Assembly: GCA_965240325.2 (NCBI GenBank)
Contig: OZ251240.1
Span: forward strand, 744,001-808,000
Source of the DNA: Rebecca billardiae RCC1528
Lineage: Eukaryota; Protista; Haptophyta
DNA length: 64,000 nt
Direction: 5' to 3'
In this document: piece by piece, positions 21,407 to 34,151 of the stretch
How the letters are laid out: each line of letters opens with the position of its first letter
Position numbering within the stretch: position 1 is the stretch's first letter
The notes under the pieces: generated by a model
Database searches by the model: none
Seen by the model: the letters and a program-made list of their open reading frames with translations, nothing else
What the model was told of the DNA's origin: nothing
Position numbers and translations under genes: made by a program

Positions 21407-22348
21407 ACTGATGATTGAGACGATTTAGACGAGTACGTAGTCGCGGAGCCAGTTGAGCTACTCGTCTGATAGCGCGGACGACGTGAACTCTTCTAGTAAA
21501 GCGTCCGCCAGTCCGCGGACCGCAGAGTTACAGTATAATGCGGACGAGATTCGTCTGAATCTGAATAATCGACGATAGATCTCCGGGGGCTCCGACGCCC
21601 CGCGCCGCTGGACCGGCCTGAGCCTGAGGCAGCTGTGACCGCCTCATACTAGGCTTATTCAGTTATTGGGACTGGTTCGGACTGCGCCCAACAGCTGATG
21701 ATTCGCGCCAGCCCGGAACTAGCTGAGTGCAGTCAATCACTTATCACGGTCATGACTCATCACGTGTAGCCCGTACAAGTATACACACGTACTATCGTGC
21801 CCGAGTACAATGACGTCAAGACGTGCGGCCTGAAACGGCCGAGCGGGTGAGGGCCACTCGGCCGTACTCTAACTGTAGTTCACAGTTCGGCACGTCCGTG
21901 CCTCTGGACGGGCAAGGTGCTGTGGCGAGGTCGCCAAATCGCGTGGCGTGGTCCCAGAGAAGGCTGCTACCGCCCCTGACCAGCCTGCCAGCCATGCCGG
22001 TCGTTGATCACCCGGCCGTTGACAGGCGCGCACACGCCACGCGTAATCGCATGGCAGCCGTGTCGGCAGCCGTGTCGGACGGCGGTCGCACGACTACCGC
22101 GCAGCCAACATTGATCGTCGGACTCACGATTTGTGGGGTCAGGCAGACCATTGATAGGTCTGCACGCTCGCCTGGCATGTCCCAGAGGTCAACGCAGCCA
22201 TCAGAAGGGTGATCCTGCCCGCTACTTGCCCATCCTTCCCATGCGCAGCCGCCTCACGCGCGCCAGTCCGACACGATGACCTTGATGTACTACTACTAGT
22301 AAACTGTGATAAGTATGGCGGATACTTGACTCGGCCGCGGGGGTTCAT

Positions 22349-23480
22349 CCAAGGGTAGTAAGGGTGCGCAACTCCGCTGGCGACAGCCGCGGAGGTCGGT
22401 CGGGCTCTGTTTGCCTCGGCGAGCGGTGCGAGCGGAGCGGAGCGAGTACTATCAGCGGCGGAGGGCGGCGAGGCCGCGCACGGCGTGAGGCGCGACGTCG
22501 GCCGAGTCGGTCCGCAGAGGATGCGCGGCGCTCGGCCCGCTGCGCAGCGGCAGTGCGCCTCACTTTGCCCCGAGCGCCGTCCTCCTCGTCGCCTCCTTCT
22601 CGCCTTGGAGCAGCACGCATGTGCGCGCCGCCACATCGAAGGCGGCACGGGCTCGCTCGGAAGACCGCGCGCGCGTGGCGCGCGACTTGGTCGGCTGCGC
22701 GCGCGCGCTGCCGCGGGGCAAGGTAGTGCCATCGAATGCGCGCGCCGTGCCCGCGCGAGCCTTTGCTCACGGACATCTCATGAGCGTAGTGCTCGCTTGC
22801 CTGCTTGCTCTCACGAATGGTTCGCTGTGCCTCACGCCGGCACTGTTCGGGTCGATCAGCAGGGCGTTGAGGGACATTGGAAAGCCAGGACGAAGGCCAA
22901 GTCTTGTGTATTCCTTCTCAGCACGAATGCAAGTGGAAGCTAAGGCTCCGCATCGATGGTACCAACACTCACGCCGCTGTCTTTTCCAGCTTCACGTCAG
23001 TCGGCAAGTCGGATGCGCAGGCAGCATTCGGCATGCGTGTGAGCTCGCACCCACGTGCGCGTACACGCTCTCGCGCGTGCACGGCGCGCGCATTCGATGG
23101 CGCTACCTTGCCCCGCGGCAGCGCGCGCGCGCAGCCGACCAAGTCGCGCGCCACGCGCGCGCGGTCTTCCGAGCGAGCCCGTGCCGCCTTCAATGTGGCG
23201 GCGCTCACATGCGTGCTGCTCCAAGGCGGGAAGGAGGCGACGAGGAGGACGGCGCTCGGGGCAAAGTGAGGCGCACTGCTGCTGCGCAGCGGGCCGAGCG
23301 CCGCGCATCCTCTGCGGACCGACTCGGCCGACGTCGCGCCTCACGCCGTGCGCGGCCTCGCCGCCCTCCGCCGCTGATAGTACTCGCTCCGCTCCGCTCG
23401 CACCGCTCGCCGAGGCAAACAGAGCCCGACCGACCTCCGCGGCTGTCGCCAGCGGAGTTGCGCACCCTTACTACCCTTGG
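22349..23480. mobile_element. Non-autonomous foldback DNA transposon with 411-bp TIRs (22349-22759, 23070-23480) and 5-bp TSD TTCAT
   Basis: Ends CCAAGGGTAGTAAGGG...CCCTTACTACCCTTGG; TTCAT at 22344-22348 and 23481-23485; about six mismatches between arms by manual comparison; 310-bp spacer with no transposase. Confidence 0.9.
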
Positions 23481-23880
23481 TTCATCAGCGATACCATAAT
23501 GAAGTAGCTCACTCGGTATGGCGGAAGCGGCTAATCATTGCATCAGATTCCCGCGCTTTGCAGCGTAATCAGTCGTCGGCGCCTTTCCCGACGGCGAACA
23601 CGCCAAACGGGCCGGCCCGAGGCGCGCGCGCAGAGAAGAAAAAGTTCGAAGGCCTGCAACCGGAAGGCGCGACGACGCGGTCATCTGCACCCGGGATATC
23701 CACGCCCACGCGGCTGCCAGCCGAGAAGAAAAGAAGGCCCGACACTCCTTCGGCACCCTCCTGGGAGAATATCCACCAAAACGTGGGCGCGCGGCGTGCG
23801 GCGTGCCGTCACCGCCCTGCGCACTGCGCGCGGAGACTCCAAGTGCCAAGTTCTCGCAGCAGCTCGGCGCCACCACCCCC

Positions 23881-24399
23881 ATGTTCGCGCGCCGCCTCTC
23901 GCCCACGGCGCTCGCCGCCGCCGCGCTGTGCGTGATCATCGCGCTCCACGTCGCGGCGGCCGAGGAGGAGGACCACCACGACGAGCACGAGCACCACGCC
24001 TCCGAGGAGGACCACCACGACGAGGGCGGCCACGACGCGTGGGCACCCGCGCTCGGCGGCGCGGCGGTCGTGTCGCTCACCAACTTGATCGGCCTGCTCG
24101 TACTCGCGGCGACGTCGGTGCGCGTGGCAAACCTGCAGACTGAGCTCGCCGCGATGCTCTCCTCCGCCTTCGCCGCCGGCGTCCTCGTCTGCGCCGCGCT
24201 GCTGCTCGTCCTGCCTGAGGCGCTCAAGCTGGCCGACGCCGACGCACACGCTGACGCCGAGCACGGCGCGCACGGCGACGAGCACGGCGCGCACGAGGAG
24301 GGCGAGAACGCGTGGCAGGTGGGGCTGTGCGCGATGGCCGGCATGTTCGTCCTCATGGTCATCGACGTCGCCATCCGCCACATGGGCCCGGCCGACGCG

Positions 24400-24431
<32 letters not shown>

Positions 24432-25011
24432 GAAGGCCGCCGCCGGAGACGAGGTGTCGGGCGCGCCGCCGGCGAAGGTGCAGCCGCCGCAGCCGGCGGA
24501 CGCGCAGGTCGCCGTTCCGCACAACACCTCCGCCATCGCCGCGGCCGTCTTCTTCGGCGACGCCTTCCACAACCTCGCCGACGGCATCTTCATCGGCTCT
24601 GCCTTCCTCTTGTGCCCTTCGATGGGCTGGACGGTCGTGCTCGGCACGGTGGCGCACGAGCTGCCGCAGGAGCTCTCGGACTACCTCGTGCTCACGCAGA
24701 GCGCGCGGCTGTCCGCGCGGAGCGCGCTGGCGCTCAACTTCCTCTCCGGCCTCACCGTCTTCCTCGGCGTCGTCCTCGTCCTCGCCCTCGACCTCTCGCA
24801 GCACATGGTGGGCCTGCTGCTGGGTATGGGCGCGGGCGTGTACTTGTACATTGCGCTCGCTGAGTGCCTGCCCGCCGCGTTCAGAGGGGCGGCGCCCACG
24901 CGCGAGCGGCTGTTTGCCACCGGGCTTTTCGCGCTGGGCGCGACGCTCATCGGCCTCGTGCTGCTCTCGCACGTGCACTGCGACGCGCACGGCGCGCACG
25001 ACGAGAACTGA
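23881..25011 (+). CDS. ZIP-family zinc/metal transporter with His-rich N-terminus
   Basis: GDAFHNLADGIFIG and VAHELPQELSDY; signal peptide; EDHHDEHEHH tracts; multiple TM helices. Confidence 0.93.
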
Positions 25012-25419
25012 GGCCGCCGCGCCCGCCAGTTGCGGCCCATGGCGGCCGACGGGCCGCTGGCTCGGCCGTGCCGCCGCGCCGGCGTCGCCGTGCGCGGCGC
25101 GCCTTCGACGCCCGCCCTGGGTAGTATTCCTCGTCCCTCACCGTCGAGCGAGCTGCATGGGTCCCATGCGCGTGCCGTGTCCGCATGCGGCGGGTTACTG
25201 GCCGCGCGCCGGCGCCTTGTTGTCGTCTTATTTCTGATTCTCCAATGGCATTCAGACCATCATCACTGTTATTGACGACATATTAGCTGCTAGCTATAGC
25301 AGTAGATACTTCGTCTGCTAGATATGATACGCGACTCTGCTGCTGTGTCGCTGCGTCTGCGATGACTGCGCACAACATCAGTACTGCGCGCTGTATGATG
25401 ACGATACATACGGCGCCGA

Positions 25420-26383
25420 TCATAATCGGTATATAACGACGCGATTCGCACAGCATCTCCAGCTCGTCCGTGCCAGTGGTGCACGAGCTGTCGTCGCCGC
25501 GGCCGCCGCGGCCGCCGCCGCTCGCCCCTGCGCTGCCACTGCTCGGCTCGGAGCTGCCGCTCGAATCGCCGCCGTCGCCACCGCCACCCACGACTGAGCC
25601 GGTGGCCGTGGACGCACCGGTTCGCGCTCGCGCACACGGCAGGGCCGAGGCGCAGCAGGCAGCGGCGCGCGCAACACGTGCGGTGGCCGATCGCGTCGGT
25701 GTTGGCAGGCGCGAGGATGATCTGCTCAGGCACAACCGTGAACTCGAACTCGTTCGGGATGGTCGCGCATTGCCGACGACGATCGATGCGCGCGCCGGGC
25801 GCGTAGTGCGCGCCCGGCTGCAGCTGTGTCCACACGCCGTGCTCGAGGCGCGTGCGCGGCTGCGTAAAGTCGACGCGATCCACGGCCTCGGGGGCGGAGC
25901 AGCCGCAGCGCCTCCACCCGGTGCGCCTCGGGCAGCCCTGCCGTCGCCACGCGCAGCGCAGCCGTCGCGCCGCGCCCCCGTGTGAGCCGAGCACAGCCTG
26001 GCGCGCTCGGCTGGGTCGGCGCAGCGCTTCACCAGCTCGCGCGCGCGGGTTGAGAACATAGGCGTACTTCGCCTGCTGCAGCGCGAGATCAGCCTCCACG
26101 TCCCACGTCGAGTCGTTCTGCATGTAGAAGCGAAGCCGGGCGCGTGCATGGTTCGGAGCACAACGCGCAGGCGCGCGAATGCGCGCTCGGGTGAGTCTGT
26201 GGGCTGGGGAGCGGCAGGCTGCTTGGTACGCAGCTGCTCATCGCCGCGCGCGGCGCGCGGCGCGCTCTCGCATCCGGCTGCTGCTCTCGGCCCGTGCGCA
26301 GGGGCGTCGCGGGCGTCAGCCCGAGCAGCGGCAGAGGTGGCACGTGTGTGCGCGGCGTCGATGCCGCTGGCGTCGACGTCCAT
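25420..26383 (-). pseudogene. Probable frameshifted gene of unknown family; 3' end approximate
   Basis: Protein-like blocks alternate among three frames: ERAFARLRVVLRTMHA / RLRFYMQNDSTWDVEADLALQQAKYAYVLNP / RELVKRCADPAERARLC / ALRVATAGLPEAHRVEALRLLRP / EAVDRVDFTQP...FEFTVVPEQIIL. Confidence 0.4.
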
Positions 26384-26640
26384 GGCGGTCGACGACGGCT
26401 CCACCTCGCGCGCGCATGGCACCGCGCCGACCGCGTCGATGTCGGATGGGCGTGCGCCCGGTGCGCGGTGCGCCGGGCAGCGCGCCGATCATCGGCGGCC
26501 AGATTAATTAGCGCGTGCTGCGCGCCGGGCCCACTCGCCGCTGCAGCACTTCTCGTCACTCGTGCAGTTTATTTCGGCGAGTCGTGACTTCGCGGTCGCG
26601 TCATGATAAGGACGAGCTCACAGTGCGGACCCGTCTATGA

Positions 26641-27888
26641 TCACAAGACGAGCCGAGCGTCAGACGCATTCCAGCGCGGCCAGGCCTGCTCGTTGCCATC
26701 GTGCAGCTGCGGCCGCGCGCGCGACGAGCCGAAGGCGACGGGGAGGGACTGCCTGCGCCCGACCATGCCCGGATCAGCGGCGCTGGCATCAGGCTGCGCG
26801 CCGCGCCGCCGCTGGTCCCGCGAGGGCGGCCTGCCGGAGGCTCCGCCGACGCGGCCGCCGGCTGGCGCGGCTGCTCGGTGCGCGCCTGCTGCGCTCCGGC
26901 TGTCAGCGGCAGCACCAGCCGCTGCGTCCCGCCGGCGGCTCGCTGGGTGCCGCTCCGGCGGTGGGTGCGGGTGGGCTGGCGGGCGCCGTGCGATGGGTGG
27001 CAGCGGCGTGTCGCCCGGCCGCGCCTCCCGCGGCCCGTTCGCCCTCTTGCCCCGCGCATGCCGCCCGGCGTCGCTCTCGCCACCTCGGAGGTCCTCGCTG
27101 CCACGCGCAGCCGACGAGGCGCCGCCTTCGGCCGCGGCGGGCGGTGGCTGGGTCGGCGGCGAGCGCTGCACTGGGCTCGGCTCGGGTGGCGCGCCCTCGC
27201 CGCGTGCACGCCGCACGGATAGAGCGTCGCCGCCGTCGCCATGCAGCCGCTCGGACGGAGGCAGCAGCGCGCGCGCAGCCATCACGGCCACGCCCGCGCT
27301 CGCAAATCGAGCCGCAAGCCGTTGGGCCTCGTCCGCCTGCTGCGAGCGCACCTCTCGCTGCAGGTCCGCGAGTGTCCTGGCCCGCGCGGGGGGCCTCCGC
27401 GGGGGAGAAGGGTCTGCGTATAGCGTGGCGGCGTGCGCACTGCCCGCCGCTCGCCGCTCGGAGGGCTCTGCGGCGGGCAGGGACGTGCGTGGGCCGGCCG
27501 GGGTCGCGCGCTCGTCCGCGCCTGGGCCCTGCACGATCCAGCCGCAGACCCCGCAGCTCATCGTGCCGGCGAGGCCCGACACCGAGGCGAACTCACACTC
27601 CTGGCTGCAGTTCGGGCACAGGTTGTACGCCACCTCCGTCGGCATTCGCACGGGCCGCCGCTCGCGGGATGCAGTCCGGCGCGGCGCTTTCCCAACGATC
27701 GCTGCCAGCGCCGCCGTGGAGTCCACCGGCGCGACGGGCAGATCGTCAGGCGCCTCGTGATCCGACGAGAGATCGATCCGCGGCTGGAATGGATCGGGCT
27801 GCGCGAGGAGCGCGTCGAAGCGGGAGCGCAGCCCATGTATTTCCGCGGGCCGTTGCGACCCGGGCAGGCCGGGCGAGGTCACCATCAT
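26641..27888 (-). CDS. Hypothetical protein with a zinc ribbon
   Basis: 3' part of the long minus ORF from MMVTSPG (ATG 27888); contains CPNC...CGVC; head-to-head with RAD16. Confidence 0.6.
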   Translation of the reverse strand: MMVTSPGLPGSQRPAEIHGLRSRFDALLAQPDPFQPRIDLSSDHEAPDDLPVAPVDSTAALAAIVGKAPRRTASRERRPVRMPTEVAYNLCPNCSQECEFASVSGLAGTMSCGVCGWIVQGPGADERATPAGPRTSLPAAEPSERRAAGSAHAATLYADPSPPRRPPARARTLADLQREVRSQQADEAQRLAARFASAGVAVMAARALLPPSERLHGDGGDALSVRRARGEGAPPEPSPVQRSPPTQPPPAAAEGGASSAARGSEDLRGGESDAGRHARGKRANGPREARPGDTPLPPIARRPPAHPHPPPERHPASRRRDAAAGAAADSRSAAGAHRAAAPAGGRVGGASGRPPSRDQRRRGAQPDASAADPGMVGRRQSLPVAFGSSRARPQLHDGNEQAWPRWNASDARLVL

Positions 27889-28014
27889 CCCGACGCGCTC
27901 GAGAAAAACGCTTGATAAATCAAGACTCGCGATCCGGGCGAGCAAGGACCCCGGACTCCGGTGCACCACCGGTCGCATCTCGAGGCTGCGCAGCGCGCGG
28001 GCGCGAGACCACCT

Positions 28015-28329
28015 ATGGCGCGCGGCGGGAAGCGCGACGTGCTGCACGCGCCGTCGAGCGGCTCGGAGTACGAGCCGACCGCGAGCGATCAGGGCAGCGA
28101 CCAGTCGTCGGGTAGCGAGTCCGACGACGACGACTCGGACTTTGAGCGGCCGCCGCCCAAGGCGCGCCGCCCGCCTGCGAAGCGTGCGCCCGCGAGCGGC
28201 GGCGGCCGCGGTGGCAGCGGCAAGACGGCGAGCGCGGCGACGTCCTCGGCGAAGCCGAGCGCCTCGACGGGTGCGGCGAGCTCGTCCAAGAAGCAGCCAG
28301 GAGGTCGCGCGAAGGCCGCCAAGAAGGGC

Positions 28330-28375
<46 letters not shown>

Positions 28376-31300
28376 CCCCGCCGAAGCGCAAGGGCAAGCC
28401 CGGGATCGAGACGGGCAAGTTCTGCATCGAGCGCGCCAAGTCGGGCCGCGCCAAGTGCCGCACGTGCGGCGAGATCATTGCGAACAAGGCGCTCCGCGTC
28501 GGCATCGAGGTGGACGAGCCGGGCTGGGGCGTGATCACGCGGTGGCAGCACCTCGAGTGCTCGCGGCTGCCGCTCGAGACGCCGTTCGACGAGGTGGACG
28601 GCGCGGACGAGCTGGAGGAGGGCGAGCGCGCCGAGGCGGTGCGCACGCTGTACGACACCGCGCCGCCGCCGCACCTCGTCGAGGTCGACCCCGACGAGGT
28701 CCTCCGCGCCGCGATGCGCACGCACTCGGAGGAGCGCGAGCCGCCGCCGACTGTCGTCACTCCGCTGCTCCGGTTTCAGAAGGTGGGGCTGGCGTGGATG
28801 GCGCGGCAGGAGAAGTCGGAGGTGCGCGGCGGGATCCTCGCCGACGAGATGGGGATGGGCAAGACGATCCAGGCCATCTCGCTCATCGCCACGCACCGCG
28901 AGGAGGCGCGGCTGCCCGCGGACGCGCCGGTGCCGCCCGACCACCCGGCGCTTGCGCACAACGGCGGCATGACGTCCGGCGGCGCGTCGTCGTCGGCGGA
29001 GGTGTGCTCGCCGTGCACGGTGGGCGGCGGCACGCTGGTGATCTGCCCCGTCATCGCCCTCGTGCAGTGGCAGGCCGAGATCCTCAAGGTCACCGACGGC
29101 TCTCTCTCGGTCTACGTGTACCACGGCGCGAAGCGCGGCGGCACAGCCGCCGCGCAGCTCGCCAAGTACGACATCGTGCTCACGACGTACTCGACGCTGG
29201 AGAACGACTTCCGCCGGATGTCCGAGCCGAACAAGCGGCCGTGCGAGTACTGCGGCCGCATGTTCCAGCCGGACAAGCTCGAGGTGCACCTGCGCTGGTT
29301 CTGCGGGCCGGACGCGAAGCGCTCGGACGCGCAGGCAAAGACGGACAAGAAGCGCGGCCGCGCCGCCAAGGGGCAAGGCAAGGGCGGCGCGGTGCTGAAG
29401 AAGGCGAAGGCGGCGGCGAAGGGCAAGGCGCCCACCGTGATCGCGCTCGACGACGACGACGACGACTTTGAGCCCGCCCGCGCCGGCGGGCGCGCGGGCG
29501 GCGGCGCGCGCGCGCGCTCGACGCCGCCGCGCGCCGCCTCGCCCTCCGTGATCGATCTGGCCCTCTCCTCCTCCTCCTCCTCGTCGTCCGCGTCGGAGGA
29601 GGAGGAGTCGGAGGAGGAGGAGGACGAGGGCGACGCGACGTGCGTGACGTGCGCCGACGGCCGCTCCACGCACGCCAACCCGCTGCTGCTGTGCGACGGC
29701 CGCGGCTGCGCGCGCGGCCAGCACCTCGCGTGCGCGCAGCTCGGCTCGGTACCTTCCGGAGACTTCCTCTGCTCCGAGTGCGCGCCCGCGCGCGCGCCGC
29801 CGCCGTCCAAGCGCGGCGGCTCGGAGGCGGGGAAGGCGAAGGCGGCGGCGGGGAAGGCGGCGGCGCCCGCGGGCACCGTGCTTGCCAAGGGCAAGGCCGC
29901 CGCCGCCAAGGCCGCGCCCGCCCCGCCGGCGGCGTCGAAGGGCGCGCGCGGCGCGCCCAAGGCCGGCGCCAAGGGCGGGCGCGGCGGCGGCGCGCGCGGC
30001 GGGCGCGGCGGGCGCGGCTCGACCGCCTCCGCGCTGCGCTTCTACGGGCTCGAGCCGGAGGAGGAGGACGAGGAGGAGGAGGCGGCGGCGGCGGGCGCGA
30101 GCTCCGACGACGACTCGGAGGCCGAGGAGGACGCGTACCGCCGCGCGATCGGCGGCGCGGCGCGCAAGCGGCCCGCGCACTCGGCGAGCGCGGGCAAGCG
30201 CGCCGCCGGCTCGCGCGCGCGGCCGCAGTCGGTGCTGCACGAGGTGCTGTGGCAGCGGCTGGTGCTCGACGAGGCGCACGCGATCAAGGACCGGCGGTGC
30301 TCCACCTCGCAGGCCGTCTTCGCGCTGCGCTCCTCGCTCAAGTGGGCGCTCACCGGCACGCCCCTCCAGAACCGCGTGGGAGAGCTGTACTCGCTGGTGA
30401 GCGCGGCGTTCGCGCGCGCGCGAACGCGCGCGCTCCCGTGCTGCGGCGCGGCGTGCGTGAGCGGCGGGAGCGCGCGCGTGCTGCGGCGCGGCGCGCGTGG
30501 GCCGCCGGTGGGCGCGGCGCGCGCCTGTGGCGGCGGCGGCGGCGGTGGCCGTGTGCGCGCGCGCGCGCGTGCACGCTGTGCCGAGCGCGCGCGCTCCTGC
30601 CCTCCTGTGCGCGCCGCGCCCTCCGCCCCGCCTCCGCGTGCGCAGGTGCAGTACCTGCGGCTGGACCCGCTGTCGTACTACTTCTGCTCCGCCAAGGGGT
30701 GCGAGTGCAAGTCCGCGCACTACCGATTCTCAGGTGCGCGCACACGCACACACGCGCGGAGCGGGGCGCGGCGCGGCGCGGCGCGGCGCGGCGCAAGGGT
30801 GAGAGCGAGAGCCGAAGGCGAAGCGCGCGCGGGCGCGTCCGTCGCGTGTGCGCGAGTGCGCGCCCGCGTGCCGCGGCCCTCCGCATAGCAGCAGCCGCCG
30901 CCGCGCCCTGACGACCCTCCCGACCCGCGCGCGTGCGCCCTCCCCGCCTCCCCTCCTCCGCGGTGCGCCCGCGGCTGTGTTCGCGCGTTGTCCGCGCGCG
31001 CGCGCGCAGGCGGGTGGCGCAAGTGCGTCGAGTGCGGCCACTCGCCGCTGCAGCACTTCTCGTACTTCAACCGGCACGTGCTCAACCCGATCAAGAAGTT
31101 CGGGTACGTGGGCGAGGGCCGGCGCGCGATGCTCACGCTGCAGCGCGACGTCTTCTCGAAGGTGCTGCTGCGCCGCACCAAGGCTGAGCGCGCCGAGGAC
31201 ATCATGCTGCCGCCCAAGCTAGTGAAGCTGCGCACAGACTGCCTCGACGAGAAGGAGCTCGACTTCTACAACGCGATCTACACGCAGAGCGTCGCGCAGT

Positions 31301-32820
31301 TCGACACGTACGTGCAGAAGGGCGTCGTGCTCAACAACTGTGCGCGCACCCAGCCGCGCGCAAGCGAGCGCCACCGCGCCCCGGGCGGGCGGGCGGGCGG
31401 GCGGGCGGGCGGGCGGGCGGGCTGTCTGGCGGGCGGGGCGGCTGCGCGGCCCCGCCTCCGCCCTCGCGTGGCGTGCGCGCGCGCGCCGCCGCCGCCTCCG
31501 GCGCCGACACGGACGGCGCGGCACGCGCCGCCTGCTCCCCGCCCCTCTGCCCCCCCGCAGACGCGCACATCTTCGACTTGCTCACGCGGCTGCGGCAGGC
31601 TGTCAACCACCCGTACCTTGTGCTGCACTCGGCGCGCGCGGAGCGGGACGAGGCGAGCGCGCTCTCCGCCGCGTTCCCGAAGGCGAGCCCGAGCGCGGTG
31701 GTGTCCGACGACGTGTGCGCCGTGTGCTACGAGCCCGCCGTCGAGTGCATCCGCGCCGCCTCGTGCGGGCACGCCTTCTGCCGCGAGTGCGCGCGCGCGT
31801 TCGTGGGCGCGCTCGACGAGGGCGCGCCCGCGCAGTGCCCGCGCTGCTGGCGCGCGCTCTCGATCGACCTCGCGCAGCCCGCCGAGCCGAGCGGCGCGCC
31901 GGCGGACGGCGGCGAGGCCGGCGCCCGCGCAGACTTTGTGACGCCCGGGCCCGCGCCAACCGCCGCCGGCGCCGGCGCCGCCGGCGCGCGGGGCGGCGGC
32001 GCGTCGGGCGGCGGCGGCGCGCCGCGCGGCAGCCGGCGCGGCATCCTCTCCCGCCTCGACCTCTCGCGCTTCCAGAGCTCGACCAAGATCGAGGCGCTGA
32101 TGGAGGAGCTCTCGCTGATGACGCGGCGCGACCCGGTGGGCAAGGCCATCGTCTTCAGCCAGTACGTCTCGATGCTCGAGCTCATCGAGTGGCGCGTGCA
32201 GCGCGGCGGGCTTGGCTGCGTGCGGCTGGACGGCTCGATGTCGGTCACCGCGCGCTCGGCGGCCATCGACGCCTTCATGACGGACCCGGCCATCAAGGTG
32301 ATCCTGATCAGCCTCAAGGTGCGCGCGCGCCGTCACCGCGAAGCACGGCCGCGCCCGCGCCCGCACGCGCGACTCGGCCGCGCGTCGCGCGCGCGCGCTC
32401 GCGCGCGCTGCGCGCCGGAGCTCAGCCGAGCCGTCGGCAGCGCGCGCTGCGCTGCCTGGCCTCACTCCGCGCGCGAACGCACACTGACACGCGCCGCCGT
32501 CCCGTCCGATCACCGCCCGTGCCTCCTGCTGCGCGCAGGCGGGCGGCGTGGCGCTCAACCTGACGGTGGCGACGCACGTCTTCCTGATGGACCTCTGGTG
32601 GAACCCCGCGGCCGAGCTGCAGGCCATCGACCGCGCGCACCGCATCGGGCAGCACAAGCCGGTGCGCGCCGTGCGCTTCGTGATGAAGAACACGGTCGAG
32701 GACCGCATCCTGATGCTGCAGGAGAAGAAGCGGCTCGTCTTCGAAGGCACGGTCGGCGGCGACGTGGGCTCGCTCGCGCGGCTGTCCGAGGAAGACATGC
32801 GCTTCCTCTTCCAGAGCTAG
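28015..32820 (+). CDS. RAD16: RAD16/RAD5-like SNF2 ATPase with PARP-type Zn finger, PHD and RING; exons 28015-30396, 30646-30733, 31010-31339, 31561-32318, 32539-32820
   Basis: [78 protein letters not shown]; zf-[18 protein letters not shown]...WQHLEC; RING CAVC...CGHAFCREC...CPRC; four introns splice in frame. Confidence 0.92.
31383..31422 (+). repeat. (GGGC)10 microsatellite in a RAD16 intron
   Basis: Ten perfect GGGC units; G-quadruplex-competent pattern. Confidence 0.9.
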
Positions 32821-33467
32821 GCGGGCGTGGCGCCGGTCGCGTGCGCTGTCGGGCGCGCCGTGCCGGTGTGCCCCGGTGACGACTGACTGACGGCGCGCCT
32901 CGGAGCCCTCGGACGCGCGCCAGCCGCGCCTGCGGGCGTGGCTGCGGCCCCGAGGTGCAGCATATGGCTGACGACGTCAGGCACATGATTGATATTTGAT
33001 GCGTTCATCGAGTCTGTCAGTGATGCGCGTCGCATGCTGTAGTAGCAGCAGTGATATGGTGCACTATGCCATGATGTCGTCGCCATCCGAGGGACTACGA
33101 GGGGGGGACGACGCGGCGAGGAGCGCTGATCCTGCGGCGGTGTAATTATATTTGTCTCTGCTGCTCGCGTCGATCTGCTGCTGCTGCTACAGCTTGCTGA
33201 CTCTGACCGGCCTGCCCGTTGCAATTTGCATACCACGTCGTCGTTAAATGACCGCGTTCCGCGGTCCTTTTCCGTAGAACGAACGTAGTTCAGGGCCCGC
33301 GGTGGCGGTGCACCCTCCATCGCAGTCGTCTATTGACAGACCCGGAGTTGCATGCCCGTACAACTAGACTCCAGCGGCGCGCCGCCGCCCGCCGCGCCCG
33401 GGGCGCGGGCCCATCGGCGCACTTCGCAGCCGCCGGCGCGGCGCCGATTGTGTACAGGCGGATGCGA

Positions 33468-33777
33468 CGAGGCGTGATCGACGCATGAGCGCGACTCCAC
33501 GTGCACGCCAGGCCACGCGAAGCTGACAGCCAGGGAGCACGGTGCGGGGCCGCGGATTCGTTCGGGCCGCTGCTGCTGACTGACCGCTGTCCCGCCGCGG
33601 GTCACCGCGCACCGGCCGAGCGCCAGGATAGTTAGATGATTTGCACTGGTCCGAGTAGGGTTCGACCAGCGCCTGCGCGACGGCCGACAGGCGGGCGCGA
33701 GGCGTGATCGACGCATGAGCGCAACTCGACGTGCACGCCAGGCCACGCGGAGCTGACAGCCCGAGGGAGCACGGTGC
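33468..33777. repeat. Imperfect ~80-bp direct repeat (33468-33545, 33698-33777)
   Basis: CGAGGCGTGATCGACGCATGAGCGC...GTGCACGCCAGGCCACGCG...AGCTGACAGCC...AGGGAGCACGGTGC occurs twice with period 230. Confidence 0.9.
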
Positions 33778-34151
33778 CGAGGTCGGAGGTGCGACTGGGC
33801 ACCAGTCACGGATCGTTCGCGCACGCCGCGCGTGCACGGGCTGACACACCTCGATCAGGCTCGGCACGCGTTGCAGAGGCACAGCCAGCTCTGGGGACGT
33901 CACGCACCACCGTCGCCCGCGCAGCTCGTCCTCCTCGTAGAGTACCGTTCAGTTCCGAGGCGTAGCCCTCGCTCAGAGTCGACCGTCGACGATGGACTCG
34001 GATCGTCGGCGCTCCCCGGAAAGGCATGGCAAGGGCGGCGCGTGGTGAAGTCGAAGACTCAGAGATCGATCAGTCCGGCATCAGGCGCCGCTGCCCCCGA
34101 GCTTGCGAGAGCCCGAATACAGGGCGGCTGCCGCGGCGCGGCCGGGGCGCC

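Noticed and set aside
22345-23507. Mirror-image ORFs within the foldback element as a transposase
   Set aside because: They arise from the inverted repeat and show no DDE or other catalytic motif.
27889-30720. Upstream part of the 1359-aa minus ORF, and the many other long Arg/Ala/Pro-rich ORFs in the track
   Set aside because: These are antisense or alternate-frame shadows of real genes. Stops are rare at this GC content and no motifs are present.
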